This document shows, piece after piece, positions 50,690 through 62,376 of a stretch of 64,000 bases of DNA. The notes beneath the pieces are model-generated. The model saw only the letters and a list, made by a program, of their open reading frames with translations, was not told the origin of the DNA and searched no databases. A program made the position numbers and the translations under genes. How positions within the stretch are numbered: the stretch's first letter is position 1; the number at the start of each line of letters is the position of its first letter. The DNA is from Macrostomum lignano (taxonomy: Eukaryota): NCBI GenBank assembly GCA_002269645.1, contig NIVC01000694.1, positions 1 to 64,000 of the forward strand, read 5' to 3'.

Positions 50690-53600
50690 TCACTGCAGCA
50701 TCAATCTGTCAGATGGTGCTCGAACTCGATTCGGGTAGCGCCGGGGTGCCTCGTTAGCAGAGTCAGCCGTGTCTGCCTGTGGCGAGGCCGGCGTGCCGCC
50801 AGCGTCAGATGCCGCGCAGTCCTCGGTCGGGGTAGTGCTGCTGTTCGACTCGGCCAACCCAGCGGGAGCCGCCAGCAGCTGGTCAGCGTGTCGCGCTTGT
50901 ACACCGCGTCCAGAATCGACTGTGCAGTTGCGAGTGCCGGCATTGACGATATCACCTTCGGCCCAGCGGCTGCTTTCTCCAGTACGAGCAGCAGTGCTGA
51001 AATCGCGGTAGAGCACGCGATCTCCAGGCTGGAACTGGCGCGCTGGCCGCTGCTGCTGAAGCTGCTGTCGCTGTTGCATGGCCGAAGTCAACGACGGTGT
51101 CAGGAGGTCCAGCCGGCTGCGCAGCCGGCGGCCAATGAGCAGCTGACTCGGCGCGGTGCCACTGACGCTGTGCGGAGTGTTGCGGTAGGCCATCAGCAGT
51201 CGTTGAAGTTGCGCGTCGGAGTGACCGCACTTACTCAGATGCCGCTTCAGCACCTGGACGAAGCACTCGGCCTGGCCGTTGGTCGCCGGGTGGAATGGCG
51301 CCGAGAAGATGTGCCGGATGCCGTTGGAACTGACGAACTCAGCGAACTCGGCTGAAGCGAATTGAGGCCCGTTGTCCGACACCAAGGTTCTCGGTAGGCC
51401 GAGACGAGCGAAGATTTCTCGCAGGCAGCTGATCGTCGCAGTTGCAGTGGTGCTGCTCATCCTGTGCACCTCTGGCCACTTGCTGTGTGCGTCGACCAGG
51501 ACCAGGTAAGTGCGGCCGTCCACGGGTCCCGCGAAGTCGATGTGCAACCGCTCCCATTGCTCAGTCGGGAATGGCCATGGCTGCACCGGGGCCTTGGATG
51601 GATCCGCCTGATTGAGCTGGCAGGTGCGACAGGCTTTTACTGCGGCCTCCAGGTCTTTGTCGATACTTGGTCACCAAACGTAGCTTCTCGCGAGGGCGCG
51701 CATGCGGCTGATGCCAGGGTGGGCTTGGTGCAGCTCGTTCAACACTTGTTGTCGCAAGGCGGCTGGCACCACAACTCGAGCGAACCACAGCACGCAGCCC
51801 TGGTCAATGGACAGCTTGCTCTGGCGCCTGGCGAAGTCGGTCAGGTCGGCGCAGATGGTCGAACCCGTCTGCAGACAGCGCAGCACGCGCCCTAGCACCG
51901 CATCCGTCCTGGTGAGCCGCGCCACCGTCGCTGCAGTGGCGGCCGAACCTGCGCTCTCGTCGATCAGCAGCGAGTTAACCGCTGTCTCCTCCTCGAATTG
52001 CTGCGGCAATGGCAGCCGCGACAGCGAGTCTCAGTTGGCGTGCTTCTCCGTCGGCCGAAACTCTAGCGCATAGTCATAGCTCGCCAGCCGGATCGCCCAC
52101 CGCTGCATGCGGGCTGCAGCGTGTGCCGGGATGCCTTTCCGCTCGCCCAGTAGCCCGAGTAGCGGCAGGTGATCAGTGAATATCGTGAATCGACGGCCAT
52201 AGAGGAATTGATGGAAGCGGTGCAGCCCGAACATTATGGCCAGCGCTTCCTTGTCGAGCTGCGAGTAGCCCCGCTGTGCTGCGTTCAGGGTGCGGCTAGC
52301 GAATGCCACTGCGCAGTCTTTGTTGCCGATGCGATGGGACAACACCACGCCCACTCCGTATGGTGAAGCGTCACACTCGAGCCGCAGCGGCAGATCCGGA
52401 TTGTAGTGCACCAGCACAGGTGAATGGAGCAGCAGACGCTTAGCTTCGCTGAAGGCGGTTTGCTGCGGCTTGTCCCCACGTCCAACGAACGTCCTTGGCC
52501 AGCAGCTGATTGAGCGGCGCCACTACGGTGGACAGGTTAGGCAGGAACCGGCCGTACTGAGTCAGCATGCCGAGGAACGAGCGCAGCTGGCTGATGTCCT
52601 TCGGCGCTGGGGCGTCTTGAATTGCGGCCACCCTGTCCGTCAGCGGGCTGAGTCCACATGCGTCAATGCGGTAACCCAGATACTCGACAGAGTCCATGAA
52701 GAACTGGCTCTTTTGCTTGTTCAGCCTGAGTCCCGACTCACGGAGGCGCTGCAGAACTTCTTCCAGGTTTTTCTTATGTTGGTGCATCGTCTTCCCGGTG
52801 ACCAGGATGTCATCGAAAAACACCTGGACAGAGTCGAGATCTCCTAGCAGAGTGTCCAGCGTCCGTTGGAAGATCGCAGTGGCGCACTTGATGCCAAAAC
52901 CAAAAGGCATGCGATTGAACTGGTAGAGTCCCTTCGGCGTGTTGATCGTGACGAAGGCTTTGCTGTCTTCGGCGAGCGGAAGCTGCAGGAAGGCATTGGA
53001 CAGATCGAGCTTTGTCCACTTGCAGCCGCCTCCCAGCTTGGCAAACAGGTCCTGGATCTTGAGTAGAGGGTACTGCTCGGTCAGGCACCCCGGGTTGAAA
53101 GTTTGCGTATAATCACCGCAAATCCTGACGCCGCTATCCTTCTTCACCACCGGAACAATCGGAGAGGCCCAGTCGCTGTGCTTAACCACCGAAATATGCC
53201 GTTGGCCTCCAGTCTCTGCAGCTCCTCGTCCACGCGCTCTCGTAGTGCATACGGAACCGGGCGGGCTTTAAAGAACCGAGGTTGGGCACCGTCGACGACG
53301 TTGAGCCGCACTTTACCGTGTTGATATTCGCCAAGTCGTCCTCGAACACCGCAGCAAATCTCTCATGCAGGTCGCTGATGTCGTTATCGGTCGACACGGC
53401 GTGCACCTGGGCCATATTGTCGGCCAGTCCAGCCGAAGGTGAGCCAGCCAGTCTCGTCCCAGCAGCGCCGTGTCTCCTTTGTCGACTACAAGCAGTGGTA
53501 GCTGTAGCTGCTGGGCGTTGTGCTGGACGCAGACTGTGGCTTGGCCTCGCGGATGAAAGCGTTCATTGGTGAAGGTTCGCACAACTGCAGCCGATGGAGC

Positions 53601-53813
53601 CAGTTGTAGCTGAGGGAGCAACTTCTGCTGCAGCTGCTGCGGCATCAGCGTGACTGCAGAGCCGGTGTCGATGACAAACTGGCATTCCTGGCCGTTGACG
53701 AGCAGCATGACTGTCGGTCCAGCGTTGCTGCCTGTTGGTCGGACTGCGAAGATGGGCACCTGGGTGTCACACGCGCCTTCGACAGTAGGTGCCATCCGCT
53801 CCTCTTGTAGCAT
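50690..53813 (-). pseudogene. Gypsy pol (protease, RT, RNase H, integrase) split over several frames
   Basis: ORF pieces 53313-53813, 52440-53189, 52031-52417, 51671-52009 and 50690-51586; RT catalytic motif reads FFDD. Confidence 0.9.
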
Positions 53814-53819
53814 GTGCAG

Positions 53820-54574
53820 TTTGGCCTGCTTGGTAGACTGGCAGACCTTGCGGATATGGCCGACCTTGCCGCATGCATGGCACTTGGCGTCCCTGAACTT
53901 GCATAGATGACGCTCGTGGGATCTGTTGAACCGTTGCCGCTGCCGCCATTGCCGCTGAACCGATGCCCTCTGTGGTGCGCTGAAGGTGTCGCCTGTTTGC
54001 GGCTTCCTCTTTCGCTGATAAATTGCAGATTGGCAACAGACTCCGATGCCCTTTGTGACATCTCCAGGGACGAACGCTCTGCAGACTCGAGCGACATCGC
54101 TTTCTCTTGCAGGGATTCGAAAGTCGGCTCAACGACTTCCAGCAGCTTGGCTCGGAAGGCGTCGCTTCGAAGGCCGAACACGAGTTGGTCTCGGAGCCGC
54201 TCATTTAGCGACACACCGAAGTTGCAGTCAGCTGACAGAGCCTGGAGCCCCGCGATGAATGCCGTGAAGCTCTCGCCTGCTTGCTGAGTTCGTTGTTGGA
54301 AACGGAACCTCGCAGCTAGCTCTGAAGGCTTGGGTGCGAAGTGCGTTGTCAGCAGCTTCTTCAGGTCAGCGTAAGACTTCTGCGCCACTAGGACCGGCTG
54401 GCACAGACTCCGCAGTGTGATGTAAGCCTCCTCTCCAATCGACGTGATCAGAGTTGCCACTTTTGCCTCATCCTTCACCTCCTTGCAGATGAAGTACTGC
54501 TCGAGACGCTCTAGGAAGATCTCGATGTTTGTAGATGGTAGCAGCTGGCCCAGCGTGGGCAGACTCGTCGCCAT
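53820..54574 (-). pseudogene. Gypsy gag with CCHC knuckle (frameshift near the knuckles)
   Basis: MATSLPTLGQL..FLERLEQYF..ARFRFQQRTQQAGES..RLRDQLVFGL; alternate frame CKFRDAKCHACGKVGHIRKVC. Confidence 0.88.
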
Positions 54575-54842
54575 TGTGATAACTTTGTTAAGCGAGGCAG
54601 AAGTGTGGAATTGCAGGAGTGAAAAAAAGGTGCTCGCTTGAGAGCTAGGCTGACAACATTTATTAGTTAGCAATGAGGTGGTGGGTGCAGACAGATTCAA
54701 TCGTGTGCGCATGGGGTGGGGGTTGAATACAATACCATTCAAATCATTAAGCTGGTCAATAGCAATCGCCACTGCTAGTGAGTCAACATTCAGTACGAGT
54801 ACACACAAACTATTTGAAAGTCCACTGTGTCACTATGTCACA
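54575..54842 (-). repeat. 5' LTR (268 bp)
   Basis: TGTGATAACT...CTATGTCACA. Confidence 0.92.
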
Positions 54843-55386
54843 TCTTTGAACTGCCCCATAGCTGCAGTTAAACAAAAAATCATAAGTCCAGTAGTAGGAA
54901 AGCTTCAAAACTAATAATTTAGATCTTTATGACTTTAATATATTATTAGTTTTTATGCCACACTTAGAGACATGGCAACTGTGTCTATAATGCAAAAACT
55001 TATAAACATGGTGGCCATGTCAATAAAACTTGCATGGCAGCCATGTCATTAATATTGAATGAGTTCACACTTAGAGACACAGTAGGTGGCTGTGTCATTA
55101 ATATTGACTGGGTTCACACTCAGAGGCAAGGCTGCCATGTACTTGTATACAATCAATGTAGTTCTGTAATGTAGTTAACATTACAATATGTACTAAAATG
55201 GAAGTTTAAAATAATATAAAAGTCAAACTTTAACAATTTTTTCATTTGTGTTGAAATTTCAATGACTTTAATGAAAGAAAATTAGCACTAGAAAAAAATT
55301 TTTTCTTTCTTTTTCAGTTTTAAAAAACAAAAAATAAATAAATTGTATGCATCAGGATTTAGGATGTTGTGGGTGGGTAGGGTCCT

Positions 55387-55556
55387 CATGCTTGGGCGCA
55401 ACCTTAGGATTCACTCGGCCGTTTCTATTGGCAACACACACATGTAAGTCACTATTGGACGGAATAGCAGTCACGTGACTGCTCTCAGCCAATAGCGACT
55501 TACATGTGTGTTGCCAATAGAAATGGCCGGGTGATTCCCAAAGTTGCGCATGTATG
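55387..55556. repeat. ~170-bp palindromic element, copy 1
   Basis: Long inverted arms centred on AGTCACGTGACT. Confidence 0.88.
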
Positions 55557-57280
55557 AGGGTCCTATGCCCATGATGGCGCAGCATATAATTGTGTGTCGT
55601 GACATGCCATTGTATGCTATGGGGTACTTTCTCTAAACCATAGTATGCCGTATACACCGAAATTGGCCCAAAATTTCCCTGTGTATGCCAGAATTTTCTA
55701 AATAAAATGCCATCTTCCTGACTATGGTATAGAATAAGGTTGAGGCTTGAAATGAATTTACTAACTAAATTTTCATTCTACTAAACTATTCAATAAAACT
55801 TGACTTGAATAGGCCCTACTCAGCTCTACTAAACTACAAGTTAGGCTAATAGAATGTAGTAGTAGTAATATCACTTGACTACAAATACTAATTAACACAT
55901 ATGCTTATATATATATATAAATATATTCTTAGCTATCCTATACCTAAATAAGTCTGGATGCCAATGGTAGACCTTGATTTTGATCCCAACCAATCTCAAG
56001 TCCTGACTTTTATGAATTCAATCTTGCCCAATCCCACCCAACCAGATTTTTCCTATCTTGGTTGGGCTCTAATAGAGTAGGGCGTACTCTAAACTATGGT
56101 GTGACCCTGGGTTTAAATGAACTAAACAATTTGTAAGTATATAAAAAGTATAAAAGAATAAAAGCATAAATAAAAGCATAAATGTCAATCCTCTTAAAAA
56201 AATTTAATTGCATGCGATTTTGAAGCTGCACAATTGACAATTATGAATTAAGTTTACAATGCATCAAAGCTTAAACCTTAAATATTGGCAATTTAGTTGG
56301 CCTAACTAAAGTCAAAATTTCATTTTCAAGTAAGTAGATGATGTGGCACTAGTCTAAATGGTGTGTATATCTTTTAAATGTTTAAATGGTTTGGAAATAG
56401 TTAGATTCAAGTTAGAAATAAAGTTTTTTTAATACACACTCGTTATCTGTGTATGCCTATTATAGGCCTATTAAGTTTTTGGTTTATTATGAACTTTCGG
56501 GCATAGAAATTCAACTAGGGCCTAGTGACAATGATATTAGGTTAAACTAACAAACATACTAATTTAATTACTAACCACCAATAAAACTATGCTATGCGTT
56601 ATAAGTGGCTATCTATGCGTTAAACGCGCGTACAAGACAGAACTTTCGAGGAAATCGTCACGATTTTTGAAAAGATTGGCCATTGAATCTTTAAATATTT
56701 CAAAACGTAGCAAAACAAAATGATACGAACGTGAATTGTATGTTATACTCGTTGAAGTGAAATCTTGTAATTATGGCCTTTACAATAGTTTTTTAAAAAT
56801 GATTATAATTAGAGTTAATTCGTCCAGGATATGAGTATTGCAATTGTTCTAATTGCCGGCCGACATTACACATACGCTCTTCACTATTTAATGAATTTAT
56901 TCATTGCATAGTGACATTTTGTTATTTTTGTCTAATACTTTTCCTGCTCCAACTTTTACTATTTAGTTTCTGCTCCTCACATAACAACCGCAGTCAATAT
57001 TTAACAAAATCATGCATATACATGGACAAGCACAGACAGTCATGGGGCTTACATCAAGGACTACTTAAGTAGATATATACGTTACTTTAGTCGTCCTTGG
57101 CTTACATGTACCCATAGCATAACAACAGTATCAATATGGCATCAATGGCGATTTGACGTCTAAATACTGCCCAACAAACACAATTAAAGCACAGAACAGC
57201 TAGTGAAAAGAACCATTTTTAAACTAAAGAACCTTATTAGAAAGACAACTTAATTCACGTACGTGTTTAATTTAATTTTA

Positions 57281-57607
57281 GCCTTAGTGGTTAGAGAATC
57301 GGACTTACGAATCGAAGGTCTGGAGGTTCGATTCCCAATCCCACTGGAACAATTTGTGTCCTTGAGCAAGACACTTAACTCTGCATTGCTTTCAGTAGTC
57401 CCCCAGCTGTAAAAATGGGCACCAGCATAGCTGTGGTGTGGAGAGGACCGTGTGTGTGGAGACCCCCGGCCCCAAAGTCCTTGGACTGACCAGCCGTACG
57501 CAGCCTTAAGATGCGCCGCGTAATAGCTGCTGCTGCGAGCCGTCGGTTGCATATCTGGCCCGATATTGGGCAGGTGTATAATCAGTTATAATCAAGTATA
57601 ATCAAGC
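57281..57607 (+). mobile_element. tRNA-derived SINE with CORE-like central domain
   Basis: A-box-like TTAGTGGTTAGA, B-box GGTTCGATTCC, then TGTGTCCTTGAGCAAGACACTTAAC and CTGTAAAAATGGG (MIR/CORE-like); short TATAATCA(A)G tandem tail. The 3' boundary is approximate. Confidence 0.75.
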
Positions 57608-58126
57608 TGTTAACACTATACCCACCCTATACTAACATCTAATTCAACTTCGAAAGTGAAAAAAAGATTCCTTTTTTTACGGAAGTTATTGACTGCTCTG
57701 CAGGGAACGTCCCATATGTTTGAAATTAGTACGCCCAACAATTAACTAGCATATCTTTGTGGTAAGTGATAAACTGGAGCAATTACAATCAGGCCACTAA
57801 TTTGGGGAAGTTCCCCTCTGACGCATGAACTAACTGTACATACTTAACTGTACATATATTATAGTCCTGTCATATATAGACACTAACTGGTACAATTGCA
57901 CAAGAAAGCTCGCAGAAACCGTCAACCAACAAGGAACTTATATACAAGAACGCGCACTGGCCTTGTGCTCAATGAAGTAAATGACTAATTCAACTTGAAC
58001 TGAATGTACGCACATATGGCTTTTGTCCCGAGGATATTTAAACTTTGCGGAGGTTCCGCCGGGATTTATCAGAGTTTGACTCAGTCTCAATCCAACTGTA
58101 TCAATCTGAATAGGACCGGATTCGCA

Positions 58127-59053
58127 ATGACCGAGAAGTTGGCAGCAGTTGGCAAGGTCATGTCACACATTGACTCTGCCGTCAAGACGATGAAGCGCAT
58201 GAGGGACAGCGACGGCGAGCTTTTTCGAGTTATTGAACTGACGAAGAAAAGCGCAAACGATGTGGAGAAACTCGACCTGCCGGACAAGCCGCAACTAAAG
58301 GAGCTGAAGCCGCAGCTGGAGGAGCTGAAAGAATCGCTGAAGAAGGTGCAGGACTCCGAGTCCAAGCTGGAGGTCTGGCTCGAGAACTTCGAAAAGGAGA
58401 TTATCGAATTTGAGAAATTTGTGGAGACCAATATTGTAGGCAACAGGATCCCACAAAACACGATGACGATGAAGGAGTTCTGTAGGAAACTGATAAAAAC
58501 GGACGAAATGGCGACCTATTTTTACAAAGCATTCGAGCGCTTCATCAGCCACCTGAGTAATTCGCAGCAAGTCGCCAGGAATCTGACTGATACGTTGCAG
58601 AAGAAGGCGGAGGAGGCGGAGCGGAAGGCCGGCAGCGCAACGATACGCGGAGCCGTGGGGACAGCCGGCCTGGTGATAGGAGGCGCCGGTCTCCTGGCTC
58701 TCGGTATCTCTACTGGCGGAGCCGCCTGGATCGCCCTGGGCGCCATCGCAGGCGTTGCCGGCGGTGTCGTGGCCGGTGTGGTCGGGAGAAAGACTGTGAT
58801 TGACGTGAAGGCGATGCGGGACCTGGCCGAGGGCATCTGCGACAGCTCTAAAAAACTGCAAGTCATTGCCAAAGACTTGAAGAGCAGCAGCGACAGAGCC
58901 GGAGTCATCCAGCTGGACGAGTCGGCCACAGAGGCTCTGAAGACGTTGCTGGAGTTCGTGAAAAGAGATCTGGAGAAGGACGGAGTCATCGCTGCTAGGG
59001 ACGCGAGAATTGCAGAGCTGGAAAAGAGGCTTAAGCTACTCGGCCACGTCTAA
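58127..59053 (+). CDS. 308-aa helical protein with central Gly/Ala-rich hydrophobic hairpin (ClyA/Hbl-like or apolipoprotein-L-like architecture)
   Basis: Intact intronless ORF with coding-like composition inside AT-rich DNA; heptad-rich flanks; GAVGTAGLVIGGAGLLALGISTGGAAWIALGAIAGVAGGVVAGVVG. ATG 58127 is preferred over 58004 (TAG acceptor 13 nt upstream). Confidence 0.75.
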   Translation: MTEKLAAVGKVMSHIDSAVKTMKRMRDSDGELFRVIELTKKSANDVEKLDLPDKPQLKELKPQLEELKESLKKVQDSESKLEVWLENFEKEIIEFEKFVETNIVGNRIPQNTMTMKEFCRKLIKTDEMATYFYKAFERFISHLSNSQQVARNLTDTLQKKAEEAERKAGSATIRGAVGTAGLVIGGAGLLALGISTGGAAWIALGAIAGVAGGVVAGVVGRKTVIDVKAMRDLAEGICDSSKKLQVIAKDLKSSSDRAGVIQLDESATEALKTLLEFVKRDLEKDGVIAARDARIAELEKRLKLLGHV

Positions 59054-59782
59054 TCGATAAAAGCTGACTGTCTGAGGTGCACGAAAACAAATGCTTTGGA
59101 ATACAATTTGAAATTTCAAAACGTATCGTGTGCCCGACTGTACTGTATGGCTCACCTTCCTACATTTTAACTGATTTCGCTTTCCGTAGACCGTAGCACG
59201 CTCCGTGGCATATAGCGGGTGTATTTTGGTATTTTTGGTTGCTCACGAATGCAGTCACCGACAATTTGCTCATAATTTCCTATATTTTGGTCCTTATTCT
59301 ATGCATGTATAACATCTTGAAATTTATTCAATAATACGCTTGTAACTCTCGCAGGACAGCGACTTGACTTCTTTTTAATTCTTTGACTGTCTTTATTGCC
59401 ACTCCAAATAAAGATGATGTCAATGTATTTGAATTCAATTCAATGTTTCATACAGCACTGTAACAAGGACTTCTAGACTAGCAGGACGTAAAACTCAAAG
59501 ATCGTGTAAATTTTTAGGAGGACGATTTCCTGGAAAAAATACACTGCGGAGATAGGAGCAAATCATTTTTTCATCACAAAATCAATGATTGCATTTGATC
59601 TAAGGCAGCTAAGATAACCATTCTTTTTATTTAGCACGCACAACATGTTACTCTATTATATTTTAATGTAGTTGTGTCTTGAAAGTTTCATCTTCATATT
59701 ATTTTCTTTTTATTTCATAAGCCCCAAGTTGCAAAATACTCACAAGTGGCATTAGCCGAACTTTGTATTTTTCCTTTTTAAA

Positions 59783-59986
59783 ATCAAGTATATTTGCAAT
59801 AAAAATGCTGCATTACGGTAATATTAAGCCATTATTGTAGGTATAATTCCATTTCAATGTAGTAACTATACTAATAGACCTGTCTATGTAGTTAAATATA
59901 TAAGGACAATATTTACAATATGCCCCACCATTTTCATTTTTCTTGTTTTACCTAGGCCTCAAGTCTTTAGAAAGCTATCAGTTTTT
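59783..59986. repeat. Left arm of a long inverted repeat
   Basis: Reverse complement of 63796-64000 with one mismatch seen. Confidence 0.92.
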
Positions 59987-60262
59987 ACCTGAAAGCCAGA
60001 CAGAAAAAAATGGTTAGGGCCTAGGCCTAGTCACAAAAATGGGCACTAACCTTTTTTCTAGGTTTTTACACTTTTAATTAGGCTTAGATTTTTAATTTTT
60101 TATTGCAAATTTGAATACACTATACTATATAAACTAGGCCTAGCACCCAGCTGGTTTAGGTTTACCTTCCTTGAATTATATATTTTGTTGAATATAATAC
60201 CTTTAAAATTGCAATTTTAGTTTGTAATGGTATATTTCATATCATATTTGAATCATAGGCCT

Positions 60263-60441
60263 CATACATACGCAACCTTGGGAATCACTCGGCCATTTCT
60301 ATTGGCAACACAGAACACACACATGTAAGTTGCTATTGGATGGAATAGTAGTCACGTGATTGCTCTCAGCCAATAGCAACTTATATATGTGTGTTGCCAA
60401 TAGAAATGGCCGGGTGAATCCCTAGGTTGCACCCAAGCATG
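60263..60441. repeat. Palindromic element, copy 2 (inverted core)
   Basis: Same arms as copies 1 and 3; core orientation differs relative to the outer ends. Confidence 0.88.
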
Positions 60442-62206
60442 ATAGGCCTAATTATTAGATTATTATGATAGGTCTTTTATTATAAACTAAAAAATGGGTA
60501 ATACAATACTGCATGCCCACATTTATCTTAACTTTAGCATTTATTTACTATTGAAACTAGGCCTAGGCCTTATTGCACTCATAAAGCTTTGAAACTAGGA
60601 ATATTTAGGCCTATTCATTTTACTACCTTATATCTATTTATAAAACTAAGCTGGCTCTAATAATTGACAATGAAAATCTAGTTTTTAGTATTAATTTAAA
60701 ATTTGTTTATTAATTTAGTTATCTATATTCAGTTTTAATTTTATTTTTTATAGGTAAATATGATTTTTTAATTAGTATTATTTAATAACTTAGATTTTGG
60801 CTATTAGGGTCTAATCCAAATACTAAATAGTACTTAGATGTCTAATTGTTACATTTTTATTCAATAATCTTTAATTTTACTATAAGTATTTTGTACCAAT
60901 ATATTATCCTATCATCTATCTTAATAGATAGATAGTTATCATGCCAATTAAATTTTTGGTAGTAACTTACACTAGCAACCATTTTAGACAAAAGGCTGCA
61001 AAATCTAATCTTGTTAGATTTCAAACAGATTTCCTTATGATATAAATTATGTCTAGCATTGTATTTGACATACTTAATCCTTTGATCTTTCCAGTGCCTA
61101 TCTGACTTCAGTGGAAATTTTTGCAAAGCATCAACCTGCTAAAATGCCATTGCACAAGATGATATACTTTTGGATACCAATTAAAGTGATCCACAAAGTG
61201 TCTTTCCTGACACCACAAGGTCTTCATTACATTTGACTTTAGCAAGTGAGTAAACTTTCTAAATGTTGTTTTTTTTAATATATGGATAAGGGTTAGTAAA
61301 AAGCAAGGGTCAATGTGGTTGGGGCAAAAGATGATATATCCTTACCTTTTACATGGCTAGTTTCCCTAAATTTATGATGGCATAGTTTGTAGCAAAATTT
61401 ATGGTATAACCTTTTAGGAAAGTTCATTCCAATGAAAAGACAAAATTTCTCATTTTACCATTGCCCATACCTACCAACATTTTAGTGTGGTGGATGGACT
61501 CCAGCACTAGGCCTATTGCTCATCATTGCAGCACTCAAGTCAAAGTTTTGCATTTTTGGGCTTCCAACATCAACTAGAGCGATAGTCTCAATTGGAGGCC
61601 ATGGAAAGCAATCTCAAGCATGCTGGTAGAGCCTGGTGCCAACCTTGGAAAGAATTTGGAGCCCACCTGATTGTTAATCATTTTTCATCTGGCAGCTGCA
61701 ACTGAGCATTGGAAATGGAATTCACTATATCTATAACTGGCCAGCGGGAACTGCACACTGAGAAGCAATGCCCATGTCCTTCACCCCACATAACATTGAG
61801 GTCTCACTTTAGTGGTCTTAGCGATGTAGGATGCGATCTTCATAGACATGCCATTGAACCTGATCTGCTATGCCACATCTCAAGAAAGCTGACTAATGTT
61901 TTAAGGGTATAGTGCGGCAAGACTGAGTCTGATAGATAGTCCAATTTCAGCCACTGTAGGCCGACTGTGCAAAATTAATTGAAGCAAATAAGCTTCATGG
62001 TACTTGCTAATTTGCCAATTTTTTCTCTTTTTAAATACTGATATCTGCTTTTCTGTTTAGTTTAGCTACAAGTTGCGCAGCCATTGGAGCTAAGGCCGCC
62101 CACGCATTGCCTGGATGTAGTGCTCCTCACTAACCCCGTGCATAAAACTCCACATGGCCATGACAATCCAACTGCACTGTTAGTTCCACAAAAAAATTCT
62201 ATGCCG

Positions 62207-62376
62207 CATACATGCGCAACCTGGGGAATCACTCGGCCGTTTCTATTGGCAACACACATGTAAGTCGCTATTGGCTGAGAATAGTCACGTGACTACTATT
62301 CCATCCAATAGCAACTTACATGTGTGTGTTGCCAATAGAAATGGCCGGGTGAATCCCTAGGTTGCGCCCAGGCATG
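62207..62376. repeat. Palindromic element, copy 3
   Basis: Approximately the reverse complement of copy 1. Confidence 0.88.

Larger units (their letters stand above)
50404..54842 (-). mobile_element. Gypsy/Ty3 LTR retrotransposon (Mag-like), full length, frameshifted
   Basis: Two LTRs with TG..CA ends; PBS TGGCGACGAG; PPT AAGGGGGGAGA (50678-50668); order gag-PR(DTGS)-RT-RH(CDAS..DKEALA)-IN(HIDFAGP, SDNGPQF, NGQAE); flanks ACTTT/TCTTT (5-bp TSD, 1 mismatch). Confidence 0.95.

Noticed and set aside
35537-58126. Three genes with exactly 13 nt between acceptor AG and ATG
   Set aside because: Acceptors are predicted, alternatives exist, and other genes differ (8 nt, 30 nt, 0 nt); likely coincidence.
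56640-59540. Weak inverted similarity (GGAAATCGTC..CACGAT) flanking the hairpin-protein gene as possible element ends
   Set aside because: Only ~10-bp matches and no TSD; compatible with chance.
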